A DNA stretch of 64,000 nt from contig NC_043001.1 in NCBI RefSeq assembly GCF_006345805.1, positions 47,430,001 to 47,494,000 on the forward strand, read 5' to 3'. Made by a program: the position numbers and the translations under genes. Below, piece after piece: positions 25,253 through 38,665 of the stretch. The notes below the pieces were generated by a model. The model worked only from the letters and a program-made list of their open reading frames with translations. It ran no database searches and was not told where the DNA came from. Within the stretch, counting starts at the first letter, position 1. Every line of letters starts with the position of its first letter. The stretch is from Octopus sinensis. Lineage: Eukaryota.

Positions 25253-26639
25253 ATATTTATTTACGTCCACAGTGTTCTTTGTACATCATCTCGAAGTTTC
25301 TAGCGGTATTGAAAGCTGATAACTTGGCGATATGGAGAACACTGAGCGCGCATCAGAGATCATGTTTAGTCAAATACGAGTGAATGGAAAGTAGGGCTGC
25401 CTTTGTTTGTATTTGAACTCAGAACATAACAGGAAAGAAGTAGATACGGCAAAGCATTTCCTTTTCAGCTCATTATGCTGCTTGTCCCCCTTTCATCTAT
25501 TCATTTAATTATTTATTTATTTGCCCAACCTTTTTACTGATTCTTTCGTCGGCCGTCCCTATAAATATTAAACTGGATTAGTAAATCTCACTTCATTTCT
25601 ACCGTTTGGAATGGAATAAGCCTCACAACCTCCCTATTTTCGTCTCTCTCTCTAATATTTCTGGCATAATGCCTATGTAAGTAAAAGTTTTAACAATAAT
25701 TCTAATCACCATCATCATAATCACAGTCATCGTCATCAACATTTCCTAGGCACTCACACTCCACACACGTAAACAACAAAATCAAGCACACATTCTATAT
25801 ATAGAGAGAGACCTGTATTATTTTTCCAGACTAGCCACTCTACCACCAGAAAAGAATATAATAATCGATCGTAGCGTTTCAGCCTGACAGTATATATTTG
25901 ACACACTTTCTAAAGTTTCCTTAGTAAATCTTTTCCCAGTCCGCCATTCAATCCTCTCGTTTCACTCAGTAGTTATCTCTGTAGCTGTTGTTCATTCAAT
26001 CAGTGGTAGTTGTATGAAGCCAGATGAAGTCAGCAAGATTCAAAATAGATTATTCCGAAATTCATCATTTCTGCAATTGAATCAAATACTAATATCGACC
26101 GTTCTCCTGTTTTATTGCACAAATGAAAATATTTATTCAAGTGATTTTCGTGTTCACTTCTGATATGTTATAAATTCACGAAGATTTCATTGGTTATACA
26201 AATTTAATTGTTTCGTATCAGCTGCAGTTTTTTTTTTTTTTTTTTGCGTGATAGATATGGTTCTACATTCTGTGGCTCATAGTTTCGTATCTATCTCTGA
26301 GCATAACAAAATTTGCATAAGAAAGAAAAACACAACAACGTTATAATTGTGAGTACTATGAGAAAAAGAAACTAAGAGGCTATATATTTTGAGATTTATT
26401 GTTATGCTCGTTTAGATTCTGAGTTCAAAGCCCGCAATGTCGACATTTATTATTCAACATTCCAAAAATTAATAAAATAAATGCTACTTAAATAGTGGGG
26501 TCGATTACACTCTCTTCCAAATTGTTTAGGTCTTGTACCAATGTTAGAAATTCTGTCGTAGTCAGTCAATTCCAGACTTATGGGGTCGTATCCTTTTGTA
26601 AATAATGCTGTATCTTTGAGAAAATAGTAAATATTTGCA

Positions 26640-26729
26640 CATAGGTGCAGGCATAGCTGTTTGCTCCTCAACCACATGGTTCCAAGTTCGGTCTCAGAAA
26701 CCCAACACACACACCACACATATATACAT

Positions 26730-26761
<32 letters not shown>

Positions 26762-26995
26762 TATGCACTATGTCGTTTTGTTTCTGTCTGTCTTTCCACA
26801 CAGTTTAACAACTAATGTCGGCTTGCTTACACTCCCTTAACTTAGCGGTTCGTCAAAACAGTGATAAAATAAGTACCAAAGTTACAGAAATAGGTAATGA
26901 TGTCGATTTGTTTAAATGAAACACTTCAAGGCGGTGCCCCAACATAGCCACATCGAATGACTGAAACAAGTAAAAGGTTAAAAGATAAAATATGA
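26640..26995 (+). mobile_element. Family C SINE, internally deleted, diverged
   Basis: Head GGTGCAGGCATAGCTG..AACCACATGGTTCC; 3' half CTTAGCGGTTCG..GACTGAAACAAGTAAAAG. Confidence 0.8.
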
Positions 26996-27149
26996 AATAG
27001 GTAATAGATATATTATAAAATTTCTTTTCTTGAAAGAAATTGAAATGAAATGAAATAATTAAGAAATATTTGAACATATAAACTCCCTAAATTTTGCAGA
27101 CCTTCACATACTTATAAAACGGATGTTGAGACTGAATCTTCTATAGATT

Positions 27150-27560
27150 GATATCTGTAAGGAAAAATGAATAGGGAGGTAGTTCCAGGGGGATGTGGTT
27201 TTGGGGAGAAAGAAGAGGAAAATTTCAAGTGAAGAATTCGAGTGGTAAAACACATTAAGGTTGGTAAGATAAAGGAAGGTCGTTGATGGAGGTGATATAC
27301 AGCTTGGAAGATCATAAGGAGAGAATAAATCGCAAAAGAAGAAACACCTGTCAGCACCAGCCAGCTACTATTATTGCATGAGGAGTGGATCTCTGTCGAT
27401 CTTTTGGAAAATTTTTATCTGGATGTGGTCTAGGATGCCCGTGTGGTGTATGAACGTGTGAAGTTTAAACTGCAATGAATCGTTTTTAACAGTGAAACTC
27501 AAAGTATCGCCCAAAGTTTCCGAATTATTATGATGTAAACAACACATATTCCTCACTGAT
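27150..27560 (-). mobile_element. Highly decayed Penelope-like RT-to-endonuclease linker remnant
   Basis: Minus-strand peptides GHPRP..KDRQRS and SSSFSPKPHPPGT resemble PLE RGYP..SxDR and SSF..PPGTxPC segments. Confidence 0.35.
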
Positions 27561-28696
27561 AAGAATAGAGTTTCTAAAATGGATAGAGAGATTTGAAAGA
27601 TTGTTTTCGTCCAAGGGCAGAACGTCTGTCATATTTACAGAAGACGTGGGTTCGGTTTCCACGGGCATCTATAAACTTTCACCATTCAAGGATTTTCTTT
27701 TAAATTCATTATTTTTCACGCGATGAGCTGGCAGAGTTGTTAGTACGACGAACAAAAACCTTGGGGATGTTCAGTTCGTCTTATGTTCTGAGTTCAAATT
27801 CTGCCTAGATCGCTAAAATAAGTACTGGCTGAACACTGGAGTCAATGTAATAGAAATACTCTTCATATTTGTTGGCTCTGTGCCAAAATTAGAAAGAATT
27901 ATTTATAGCTTTATCTACTTCTAGTTCCACCGTCAAAAACGATTTGTTTCCAAATTCTTACGATGTAAACGGCAAGCTTAATATTGCATTAAAATTTTAT
28001 ACTTCCAAACTTCTTGTTTTCATGGGCGTTGAGAAGTTACATTTAAATCAAGTAAGCGTGATACGAAGCAGCTATGATATAATGTCGGCTATAATATTAT
28101 TAGGTGTTATTGACAGTATTTTTAGTGAAGTCGATGTGTGAGACATAATTGATAACGCTCCTTATCAGATAAGCCGCTGAGTAATAAAGATTGTGCTTAT
28201 ATTTTGTACGACTTGTTATTTTGTGACAATATTTTCTTGCCAATAAAGATATGTTGTTGCTCTCATTATATGTTCAACACGAGGTCAACCCTGGTGAAAC
28301 ACGCCTAGGATCACAGATACTCCACTCATGATCACTATGGCTATTATTCGGGTATAGAGTATCTCGCATTACATTATTTAGTGTCTTCTTTCTTTTTAAG
28401 ACGTTACGGTGATTCAAGAGAGACTAGGCTGGTATTTCTAGTAAACTGAAAACCACATAGAAGCTACTTCGTTTAGACAGCAAAGACTTTTGCTATCTGT
28501 AAGAATGGGGAAGAATGGAGTGAATTATGATAATGTATAATGTTACGTCTGATAAGCCTTAAAGAGTGATAAAGGGTTCTTTTACGGTTTTATACAGGGA
28601 TGTGAATGAGAGGTAATCTCTTAAATAAGATGCCCGTATTTCGCAGGTAATATTCCCTAATGATTTGGTGCCTATTCTTCTTCTTTCGCCTTTTTA

Positions 28697-28982
28697 GCCA
28701 GGCTCATGGGCCCGGTTTCCCGGTTTCTGTAGCGTATGTGTTCCCCCCTAGCTGGACAGGACGCCAGTCCATCGCAGCGTTACCCAAGAAACAGGAAGAG
28801 AGAGTGAGAAAAAGTTGTGGCGAAAGAGTACAACAGGGGTCGCCAACACCCCCTGCCGGAGCCTCGTGGAGCTTTTAGGTGTTTTCACTCAATAAGCACA
28901 TACAACGCCCGGTCTGAGAATCGAAACCGATCCTCCGACCGCGAGTCCGCTGCCCTAACCACTGGGTCCATTGTGCCTCCAC
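28697..28982 (-). mobile_element. tRNA-derived SINE: family A head and body with a different (L2-like) tail
   Basis: Head GTGGAGGCACAATGGACCCAGTGGTTAGGGCAGCGGACTCGCGGTC as at 63.7 kb; tail CCGGTTTCCCGGTT..GGACGCCAGTC as at 48.9 kb. Confidence 0.85.
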
Positions 28983-29194
28983 GTTTTCTTTTTTATGCCT
29001 ATTACTCTCAGTTATATGAAATTAAACAAAGTACAATACAGGGTTCTAGTTCCAGAACAAACAAAAGACATGCAGTAGATTTGAAACTGTGATCATGGAA
29101 CTTGTGTGAAGAATCCACTTTTGTGGAAAGAATATCCACCATTTTGTTTTTAATGCAAGTCTATCAAATACAGGCTTTATCTTTAACCAAATAT

Positions 29195-29405
29195 TGGTTT
29201 CAAATTTTGGCACAAGGCCAGCAATTTCAGAGGAGGGGTTGAGTCGATTACATCGACCCTACTACAAGACTGGTGCTTATTTTATCGACACCAAAATGAT
29301 GACAGGAAAAGTCGATCGCAGCATAATTTGAATTCAGAGTGTGAAGACGGACGAGATACCGCTAAGCATTTTGCCCGGTGGGCTAACGATTCTGCTAACC
29401 CGTAG
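29195..29405 (-). mobile_element. Family D SINE, diverged
   Basis: GGCACAAGGCC tail through CCGCTAAGCATTTTGCCCGG. Confidence 0.8.
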
Positions 29406-30607
29406 CCGTTCTTTAGCCAATATTGACAACTGTCGCATGACATAAAATTATGTCGGCAAGATTGGTAATTATTGGTCACTATTGTTATTAATCCTTGATT
29501 TAACATACAAGTAATCAAAGATGCCTTAAGCTTCTTTCCCGGAAAATAGTGAATCTAGAAATACATACTAACCATTTTATCTTTTCTTTTTCTTAACAAC
29601 TTGTGTGGAATTGACCGTTATTTCTTGCAAGGCAAAAGGGAACACAGAAGCTGCCTCGTTGGGTTGTAGGCAAGATTGGTTAAATTTGTATATATGCGTA
29701 TATTGTGAAGTCGTTTGAGTTTTGTCAGTGTCAGTAAAAATTAGCTTACAAACTGGCTTGATGAGAGCCAGGTATATGCATGCTGGAATGTATGGCTAGA
29801 TAACTGATGGGTATGAGAAAATTGAAATGTACAAAAACTTTTGTGGAAATCTGCAGAGGATATCTAATTCTGGTAGCTCTCGATATCGATACTACGTTTC
29901 TGTATTAACCAAATATTGATTTTATTCTTTGAGAGGACAGAGAGAGGGAGAGAGAGAATAAACTCGACATTTATCTCCGAGTGAGATTTAATACTTCATG
30001 GCAGACAATGTGATGAAGAGGGGAATGAAGAAGGAGGTAAGAAGGGTAAAGAAAAAAAAGGCAAGAAAGAAATAAAAAATGAAGAGAGAGTGAAAGAGTA
30101 ATTATGCAATGCAGGAATGATATAAAGAAAGAAATAATTCGGCAGAAATTGGTGGAATTCTAGAAGTTGCTTCAGTGAAAATACAATATCTTGACTGTCT
30201 ACTTTGCGAAGCTTTTCAATCGACTTTCGATGTTGGTTGTTCTCAAAGTTTACACTCTTCGTGTGGACGTGACTTTTTGCCTAAAGTATATATGAGTGAA
30301 ATTTAGTCATAAAGAAGCTAAAATGGTGTGGTATTGACAACAACGACTACAACGAAGTGACGACGAAAGTGGCGGTGTCGATGAGACAATAATGAGATGA
30401 TAGCGAAGCTGACTAAAATAAGAATGATTTGTAACATTGACACAAGACGACAATCGACCCCAATAGTAAACTGGAATTATTTTGCCTACAACGAAAAGAT
30501 GGAAAGCAAAATCAACTTCGACGTAACATAAACTCATAACATAAGACTCCATAACTATCACATTGCATTTTGTCCGACACCTTATTGATTCTGTCAATCA
30601 TTTAAGG

Positions 30608-30818
30608 AAGAGGTTCTCAACCATTTTTCTTTTACTTATGAACCCCTTTGATTCCCATTCTACTCGGATGGGCCCTCATAGCCATTCGATGTTTTAAAAA
30701 ATCCTTTAATATTTTTAGAGATTAAGCTATTTTGTAAACAATGTATTAAACATAAATTTTCACAACAAATCTTATATGAACCCCCAAGGGTCATTTGGAC
30801 TTTGGTTGAGAAGTACTG
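30608..30818. mobile_element. hAT-type MITE
   Basis: TIR remnants GAGGTTCTCAACCA / TGGTTGAGAAGTACTG; internal blocks shared with 38349-38665. Confidence 0.7.
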
Positions 30819-30954
30819 ATTTTAAAGTCTAAAATTGGTCTTACTGTTAAGTCATAAATTTCGTGGAGAAATTATAGTACAATAAATTGGCTCTAGTATT
30901 TCATACAAAGGGAGGATTTTGAATCCTCAAAATAAAGGGACTTACTTGAGTTCT

Positions 30955-31364
30955 AATAATCCTTTCTACTATAGGCACAAGGCCTGAAATTTTGGTGGGA
31001 GGAAACTAGTCGATTACATCGACCTCAGTGTTTCACCTCGGCGGAATTTGAACTCAGAACGTAGCGACGGGTGAAATACCGCTAAGCATTTCGTCCAGTG
31101 TGCCAACGATTCTGATAACTCGCAAAAATAATTGTTTCTAACGGAAGCACAGGATTTAAATTTTGGGAACAAGGTTAAGAACAAGAATAATAATCCTTTC
31201 TACTTTAGGCACAACACATGAAATATTGGGAGAGGGGTTTAAACGATTATATTAACCCAACTGGTACTTATTTTGTCGATGGCATTTGAACTCAAAACGT
31301 ACAGACGGAGGAGATGCTGTTAAGCATTTGTCCGGCGTGTTAACGATTCTGCCAGCTCGCTGCC

Positions 31365-31399
<35 letters not shown>

Positions 31400-31670
31400 C
31401 TATGATTTAGGCATAAGGAGAACATTATTGAGGGTAGGGACTGTTGATATCAATCCTTTTCAAATTTTGGCACAAGGGCAGCAATTTCGCGGGGGAGGGT
31501 TAATCGATTACATGAACCCCAGTGTTAACTGGAACTTATTTTATCGACCCCAAAAGGATGAAAGGTAAAGTCGACCTAGGCGGAATATGAACTCAGAATG
31601 TGAAAACGGACGAAATGTCGCTAAGTATTTTGCCCGGCGTGCTAACTATTTTGTCAGCCCTCCACCTTTT
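30955..31670 (-). mobile_element. Cluster of three family D SINE copies with (TAA)n tails
   Basis: Repeated AATCCTTTCTACT..GGCACAA tail and GAATTTGAACTCAGAAC blocks. Confidence 0.82.
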
Positions 31671-31802
31671 CGACCCTATTAATAATGATAATGTGGAGCC
31701 GCAGAAAAGAGAAGGGCTCTAGGTTAAAAGGTTACATTGATAATGAGAATAGAGTCTTTATATTTAGAATTTTTTCGATAATGCTCCATTTACGCGTGTG
31801 TG

Positions 31803-31858
<56 letters not shown>

Positions 31859-32235
31859 GTTTGGTTTTGTGCTAAGTGGTAGTGGCGGCATTTACTATCG
31901 AATTACAAGCAAGTAATGAATGTATTGCAGTGAAGCAAGTGGACAATGCACACAATAATATTGGTTTAGTGAGTGTCTGCGAGTGAGTGGGTAAGTATAT
32001 GCGTTTGTAATGTGAGTGAACGAGAAGAGGGAGAGGTTTGTGTGTGCAAGGCAGATATCTCTAAATTCATATGGACAACCAATTGTCTGTATCAAGTATG
32101 AACGATGTGTTATCTATATATTCTATATGCCGTCTCTCCTCACAATGATTTTCAGTCATTCGTCTGAGGTGAGGTTCAGACCACCAATAGACATGTTTCC
32201 AACATACGTATCTGCGTGCTTGTTTTACGTGTATG

Positions 32236-32279
<44 letters not shown>

Positions 32280-32289
32280 TATATATATA

Positions 32290-33079
32290 CAGGGTTGGGC
32301 AAAAGTCACCGCACAGTAAATAAAAATTCCTAAAATACTATCTATAATTCTGTATTGACTCGAATGGAAACATGTGTCGCCCAGTTTGAACAATTTTCAT
32401 GTTTCGTATTTAGATGCTTTTATTAAATTCATTCAGTTGTTTGGTTTTCATTATTGGCTAAACTGGCAAAATGACCATTCCGAAATATAACAATATATAT
32501 ATATATATATATATATTTTATATATATTGTTATATTTCGGAATGGTCATTTTGCCAGTTTAGCCAATATATATATATATATTGTTATATATATTGTTATA
32601 TTTTGGAATGGTCATTTTGCCAGTTTAGCCAATAAATGAAAGGCAAACAACTGAATGAATTTAATAAAAGCATCTAAATATGAAACATGAAAATTGTTCA
32701 AACTGAGCGACACATGTTTTCATTCTTTGCTTGTTTACGAACCACATAGTTCCGGGTTCAGTCCCACTGCGTGGCACCTTCGGCAAGTGTCTTGTGAGTG
32801 GATTTGGTAGGCGGAAACTGAAAGAAGCCGGTCGTATATATATGTATGTGTATGTGTTTGTCCTCCAACATCGCTTGACAACCGATGCTGTTGTGTATAC
32901 GTCCCCGTAACTTAGCGGTTCTGCAAAAGAGACCGATAGAATAAGTACTAGGCTTCCAAAGAATAAGTCCTGGGGTCGATTTGCTCGACTAAAGGCGATG
33001 CTCCAGCATGGCCACAGTCAAATGACTGAAAGAAGTAAAAGAGTAAAGAGTAATATATATATATATACACACAACCCTG
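32290..33079. mobile_element. Palindromic Tc1/mariner-like element interrupted by a family C SINE
   Basis: TA|CAGGGTTGGGCAAAAGT left end and CAACCCTG|TA at 33072-33081; ~138-bp inverted arms 32362-32499 / 32587-32725; SINE at ~32735-33050. Confidence 0.6.
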
Positions 33080-33162
33080 TATATAAAGAGAGAGTGTAAA
33101 AATATACATGTACACATATAAAAGGAAAAATAAAAAAATAAAATAGGTATATACATATTTAG

Positions 33163-33287
33163 AGGGTGTCCAACAAACCCCTCCTCACCAAGGAAGCCTG
33201 GTGGGGTTGCCAGTTTAGTCGCCGACGATCCGACAAGTTGTATTGGATTACATGGTTACCAGTAGCACTCAAGAGCGACCTGACACA

Positions 33288-33359
<72 letters not shown>

Positions 33360-33480
33360 GCGACTAAACTGGCAACCCCACCAGGCTTGCTTGGTGAGTA
33401 GGGTGTTGTTGGATACCCTGCGGGATGAAAAATAAGACCTGTCAAAGGGCGGATGAACTCCTGAATAGTCAACGGCCATC
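33163..33480. mobile_element. Inverted pair of RTE-like 5' UTR fragments
   Basis: 60-bp inverted repeat 33163-33222 / 33360-33419; right copy continues CTGTCAAAGGGCGGATGAAC..GTCAACGGCCATCC, resembling RTE 5' leaders. Confidence 0.5.
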
Positions 33481-33689
33481 CAACAAAATGTCTGTAAATA
33501 TGTATATACCTTCATATTTTTCTTTTTTTATCTTTTATATGTCTACATATATATTATTTTATGTCTTTTAATTGCATATTTTTACTTTTTTATACAATAT
33601 TATTTATATGTAATTCTTATTCAGACATTGCACCTTTTACTTTTTATTATTATTATTTTTATATGTATATATATATATACTTTTATATA

Positions 33690-34070
33690 TTCTTAGAGCC
33701 CGAATCCCGAAAACGTGGCTAACGGGGCTGTTGCAAGTCCCCAACGGCGGATGTGTTCCTTGTGAAGGCGGATGAGGGCGATGCCATGCAAGCTGGCTAT
33801 AGAGGCGGATTACGACAAACTGGAGTTCCGGCAGCTTGCCGCAGGAAGCCTGCGAACAGGACCAGACGGGCTGGTCCCAAGGCGGAGTATAGGATCTTAT
33901 CCACCAACTCGGGCTGCTCGTTGCAGCAGAAGGCAAGGGTCAGTCGTCTCGAGACTCCTCTTGCTATTGAACCCCCACCTCGCCTTCTGTTAAGTGCGTC
34001 CAGCTGAGAACTGTGCATCCTCTCCGGCACCTTAAACTTTTAACAGCACAAGCTTCGCCTTTCATCCTTC
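33690..34070 (-). mobile_element. GC-rich decayed coding remnant, probably L1/Tx1 ORF1
   Basis: GC-rich island with broken minus-strand frames (SQLDAL..GGGSIARGV; KLPELQFVVIRLYSQ); family assignment is inference. Confidence 0.4.
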
Positions 34071-34102
34071 GTTCTCTTTCATCCCCACAGCAAGTCCTAT
34101 TA

Positions 34103-34510
34103 AAATAGAATGGTCACAACTGCAACATCTGATAGATCGAAGCTAAATATGAGCGAAAGAACTATAATCATCGTTTCATCAGTATTCGAACCATCATGGT
34201 TACGTTCCTTGATTGTATCTATAGTCTTTGGTGCTACTGGTGAAACAGGGATGATTTGGCTGGTGTTTCTTTTAGTCTAAAGACAACGAGAAATCTCCAC
34301 TACACTGAAATTAGCAACATCTCTCACAGAATCACATTCTATCGTCTTAAAATTACAAGAAAACACAGCGCAATGCAACCCTCGATATATTATGCCAGAA
34401 AAAATTTATTGGATTCTGATGGTTGGAATACTGATCAAACGATGATTACAGTTCTTTAGCTCATATTTAGCTTCGATCTATCAGATGTTGCAGCTGTGAC
34501 CATTGTATTT
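34103..34510. mobile_element. MITE-like element with 94-bp terminal inverted repeats
   Basis: 34103-34196 is the reverse complement of 34417-34510 with 6 mismatches; 220-bp non-coding interior. Confidence 0.85.
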
Positions 34511-36145
34511 AAATCTCTTTTTTTTTTCAGACGCGTTATATCTCGACCCACTTTATCAAGTAGGTCTTACTTTTTAAAGATAATCTGGTGTGGTTTAAGA
34601 CAAGCAGTTTTGTTGCTATTTATAGCAGGTCTTGCAACCATGTAGTCTCTCTAGCTGGTTGGTTTTGATGACAATAAAAATGAACTCTGTTATATTCAAC
34701 GATTCCGATAATATTCACAAGTGCGTGAGAACAGAACAGTAATATTTTATATTACATGAATGTAATATGCTTGGTGTGTCTGTATGTTTCAGTATTTGTC
34801 GTCTTTGCATAAACAAATATCTATTATAAAGCCTTACAACGTCATATAATGTTACAATACAAAGGGATAAACTTCTTTTAGACAAGTTCTTCTCTTTTCT
34901 TATGAACTTAAATCGTTTCTAACATAAGCATAAGGCATGAGATTGGGGGTGAGGAGGAGGAAGAGCTAATAATATCGACTCCAGTACTTTACTGGTATTT
35001 TAGATTTTCAATTCTTGAAGAAAAAACAATAAAACAAAAAACAACAAAACAAATAAAGTACTAGTCAACCACTGGGGGGGGGCGATATAATCGACTTTTT
35101 CTTTGCCCCAAAATTGAGGCTTTGTACATATGTAAGAAGTCATTATTATTACTAAGTTCAATAATAATTCCTAGCATAGGCGCTATGCCAGAAATTCGGT
35201 GAAGGGAAGTCGATCGCAGCAGCTCCCAATACTTTTCTTTTACTTCATCAACTTCAGCAGGATGGAAAGAAAAACTGGCCTTGTTGAGATACGAATTCAA
35301 AACGCAAAAAGTCGGCCTGATCAAATACCGCACGATATTTTGTCTGACACTCTAGCTTTTGTATTGTCAATCCACTGCCTGGCGTCTCGATAAAGAAAAT
35401 ACAGAATAATCAATCCACCGAAAATACCTACAAAATTACGGAGGATATATGTAAATTACATAATTATGAAAAGTTCATCATGATATATGTTGGAAATAAT
35501 TACTATATTTTACTGTACAAATATACGTGTTTCACATGATAGCCAGACTAGTAACGCAGCAGAAGTTCATTTAAGCATAAGTTTCATTTAAGCATAAAAA
35601 AACATGCAAAATGAATTTTCCTCATTTTCGTTTTCTTAGAAAATGTCACCGGAACACACTCATAATATTTATTACACGGATTTGGAAGAGAAATGTAGTA
35701 ATTACATCTGTCTGTGTAAAATCACTGTTTAATTGTTTAATTCCGAATTGTAGTAGCATGTATTGTAACTATAATTTCTGTAATTTACGTTCCAGGTAAC
35801 TTTCATAGCTGTAATCAAAACATAAATGATTAAGCAATATAGTGTTAGACGCTACCAAGAGAGATCCGCTTGGCAAGGCCTATTGGAATTTTACCAAATT
35901 GCTGATCAATGCCATTCAAAAGAATTTCTTTGAAATAGCTTCAGTTATTAGACGAACTCATATTACAGGAGGTTGTTACAATTTTTATAATTGCTGTTCT
36001 TGTGCTGTTAGGAAACTCATGTCGGTTCAGTTTGATCAACGATACAGAATTTGGCCCATGAAAGCATTTTGTGAGGAAATATCTATCGACCCAAATATCC
36101 GAAATGGTAATTCACTTGATGAGTTATTAAAACTATACTCCATTA

Positions 36146-36188
<43 letters not shown>

Positions 36189-38348
36189 CGGCAACTGACT
36201 CATTAAAGCTTTTTTGTTTTGTTTTAGATTGCAAGTTTAAATTGAAAAAGTTTCATATGAGTTTTGTCTAGGTATTGAAGTCAGCTGGACTCCAACAATT
36301 AATTGCTTAGAGAATAGTCGATCCAATTAAACTCAACATCTCTCTTTCAATACAGCTGTCCAATAACCAAATGAGCAACAGGACCGCCCACCATATGTTA
36401 TCTAATCGCATCCTATTTTTGAAACTAATTAAAGGTTCACTTTTCGCCAACCAACCGAGGACATGCTCAAAGGTTAGCTTAAGTTATCAATCAATCTTTA
36501 TTCAGTATATCGCATTCTGTGAAAAGACAAAATCACACAAATTTTTATTAATCCACCTTGTTTTAAACTAAGTATTTTCCCCCTAAGTCAGTATTATCAG
36601 ACATGATATATGAGCTGAATTAAATAGCTGATTTTCCAAGTGAACAGAGTATATGTGTGTACATTTGTTGTTATACTTTTTTCTTTTTCTTTTCAAAGCA
36701 TATGTTTCAGGACAAGGTCTGCCATTATTCTATTACAAGACCACTTCAAAATAGATTTTAAAAGAATGTTAATAAGTGCCATCTCTAGGAAGACTAATAT
36801 CTCTAGATATGATAAAAATTACTACTTATTACTTTATCAAGACTAAATGTTTCTCAGAGCGGCAGGATGCTTTAAAAGAAAGAAGGCAAAAAAAGGGGTC
36901 TGAAAAATAAAAAAGGAACAGATTGCCATGTTTAATAAATAATGGAGGTTTTAAATATTTCGAATTTCCAACATCATGGCGAAGAAAGAAGGATTATACG
37001 AATCAAACTCTATACGATCTTTTCATTAATAGAGTAGTGGGTTCAGTGAGGGAGTTGAAAATCTTACGAACATTTTCTTTTTCGGTGGGGGTGCTGGTAT
37101 TTGTCAGTCTGAGAACCACTGATCTAAACAGCTTGAATGATATGACTACTATCAGGAGTCAAAACCAAGATACAATCATGACTCCATAAAAGCTTATCTT
37201 CTTCTCTACAATGTCCTAAACACATACACACACATATATCAATTAAAAGTACATAGACGTATGACACGTTAAAAGCTGGATCCATCATGATTATCTCCAC
37301 AAAGCTAGAAATCTGGTAAAACAATTTAATAAATGTCGACATGTGAAAATAATATACTTGGCAAAGAAATGTTGATGTGTTTAGTATTAACAATACAACG
37401 GGTGTTTCTTGTAATCACGTTCTTCTTTTTCTCTCTGGACTATCATGTTTTAACCAGCTGAAGTACAGACAATTAACATAGACGCGCATGTAAGATAGAA
37501 ATGTACATATCATTTAGTAATTATCTCGGGTAAACTGAAAGATCTCAACTGGCTTCAGCGATATAATCACCTCAACAACCAATACTACCCCCGACACCAG
37601 TAATGATATGCAGTGTCTAAAGTTTGTTTCTATCTCCCCACTCTTATTCCCCGACTTTTCACAAACGCAATCGCAGAACAGTACATACCTATACTCGAAT
37701 AATTTCTCCACTCAAGCTGTCTCGTTATTTGAGATGGTTGACACCGTCATGCGCTAGCAGTTTCCATTTTCTGGTATCAACAAAAGCTCTACTTTTACAG
37801 TTTTAGGAAGGCCAACATGTAAATTAATATACGTTAAAGCCAGGAATGTAGCACAACAAGCAAATCCAAACCCCAGTTTTGATTACGTCACAATACTAAC
37901 AATAACTTACTCAGTCATCACATTCTCAAGAATTACTTTCATTTTGATAGCGTAAGAAAATATTTTCTCCAACATTTAATAAACTTACATACAAAAAACC
38001 TTATATCCTACGCTACAACTTATAGAGCTGTGGTCAAGGCAATTTTGTTTTCTTTTAGTTCTTCAAGGACGCAACGTAAAAAATTCAACGAAATGATTTT
38101 GATCATCCGTCTTATAGTAGTATTTTTCAATAATGCCCGTCATTCTAGCTAACATGAGATAATTGGCTCCATGGTATTAATCTATATTATTGGACATACC
38201 TCATGTTAGTTTTATCAGCCATACTCTTCTGTGCTGTCTAAGGACATGCTAGAAGTGTCTATTAATTTTTGAGTTTTCCTTTTCCTAGACTGATTACTTT
38301 CACCGCAGCTTAGGAGTTCAATCTACCCTTACAAAAATCTATTTAATC

Positions 38349-38665
38349 CAGGGTTTCTCAAACATCTTTTAACTATGCATCCCACCATAGCCATTCAATG
38401 TTTAAAAACTAGTTTTATAATAACTTCTTTCAAAATTCCTATTTTGTTTTTCAAAGATTAACTTGTGCAGGTTGAACTATATAAAATGTTAAAGAAACCT
38501 AGGGTGTTTTTTGAAATACATACCAATACATGCATCTAAAGCAAAGTTTTTTCAGGGGCCCTTAAAATACTATTGTAGCTCCCCAATTTTCTATTTTGTT
38601 GCTTGGACCCCCAAAATCTTATATGGACCCTCAGGGGCCATATGGACCTCGATTGAAAACTACTG
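38349..38665. mobile_element. hAT-type MITE with 8-bp TSD
   Basis: CAGGGTTTCTCAA..TTGAAAACTACTG ends; TSD ATTTAATC / ATTTAACC. Confidence 0.8.

Noticed and set aside
37520-37760. Open frames on both strands (TM-like on minus, mucin-like on plus)
   Set aside because: No consistent acceptor/donor pair giving an open exon
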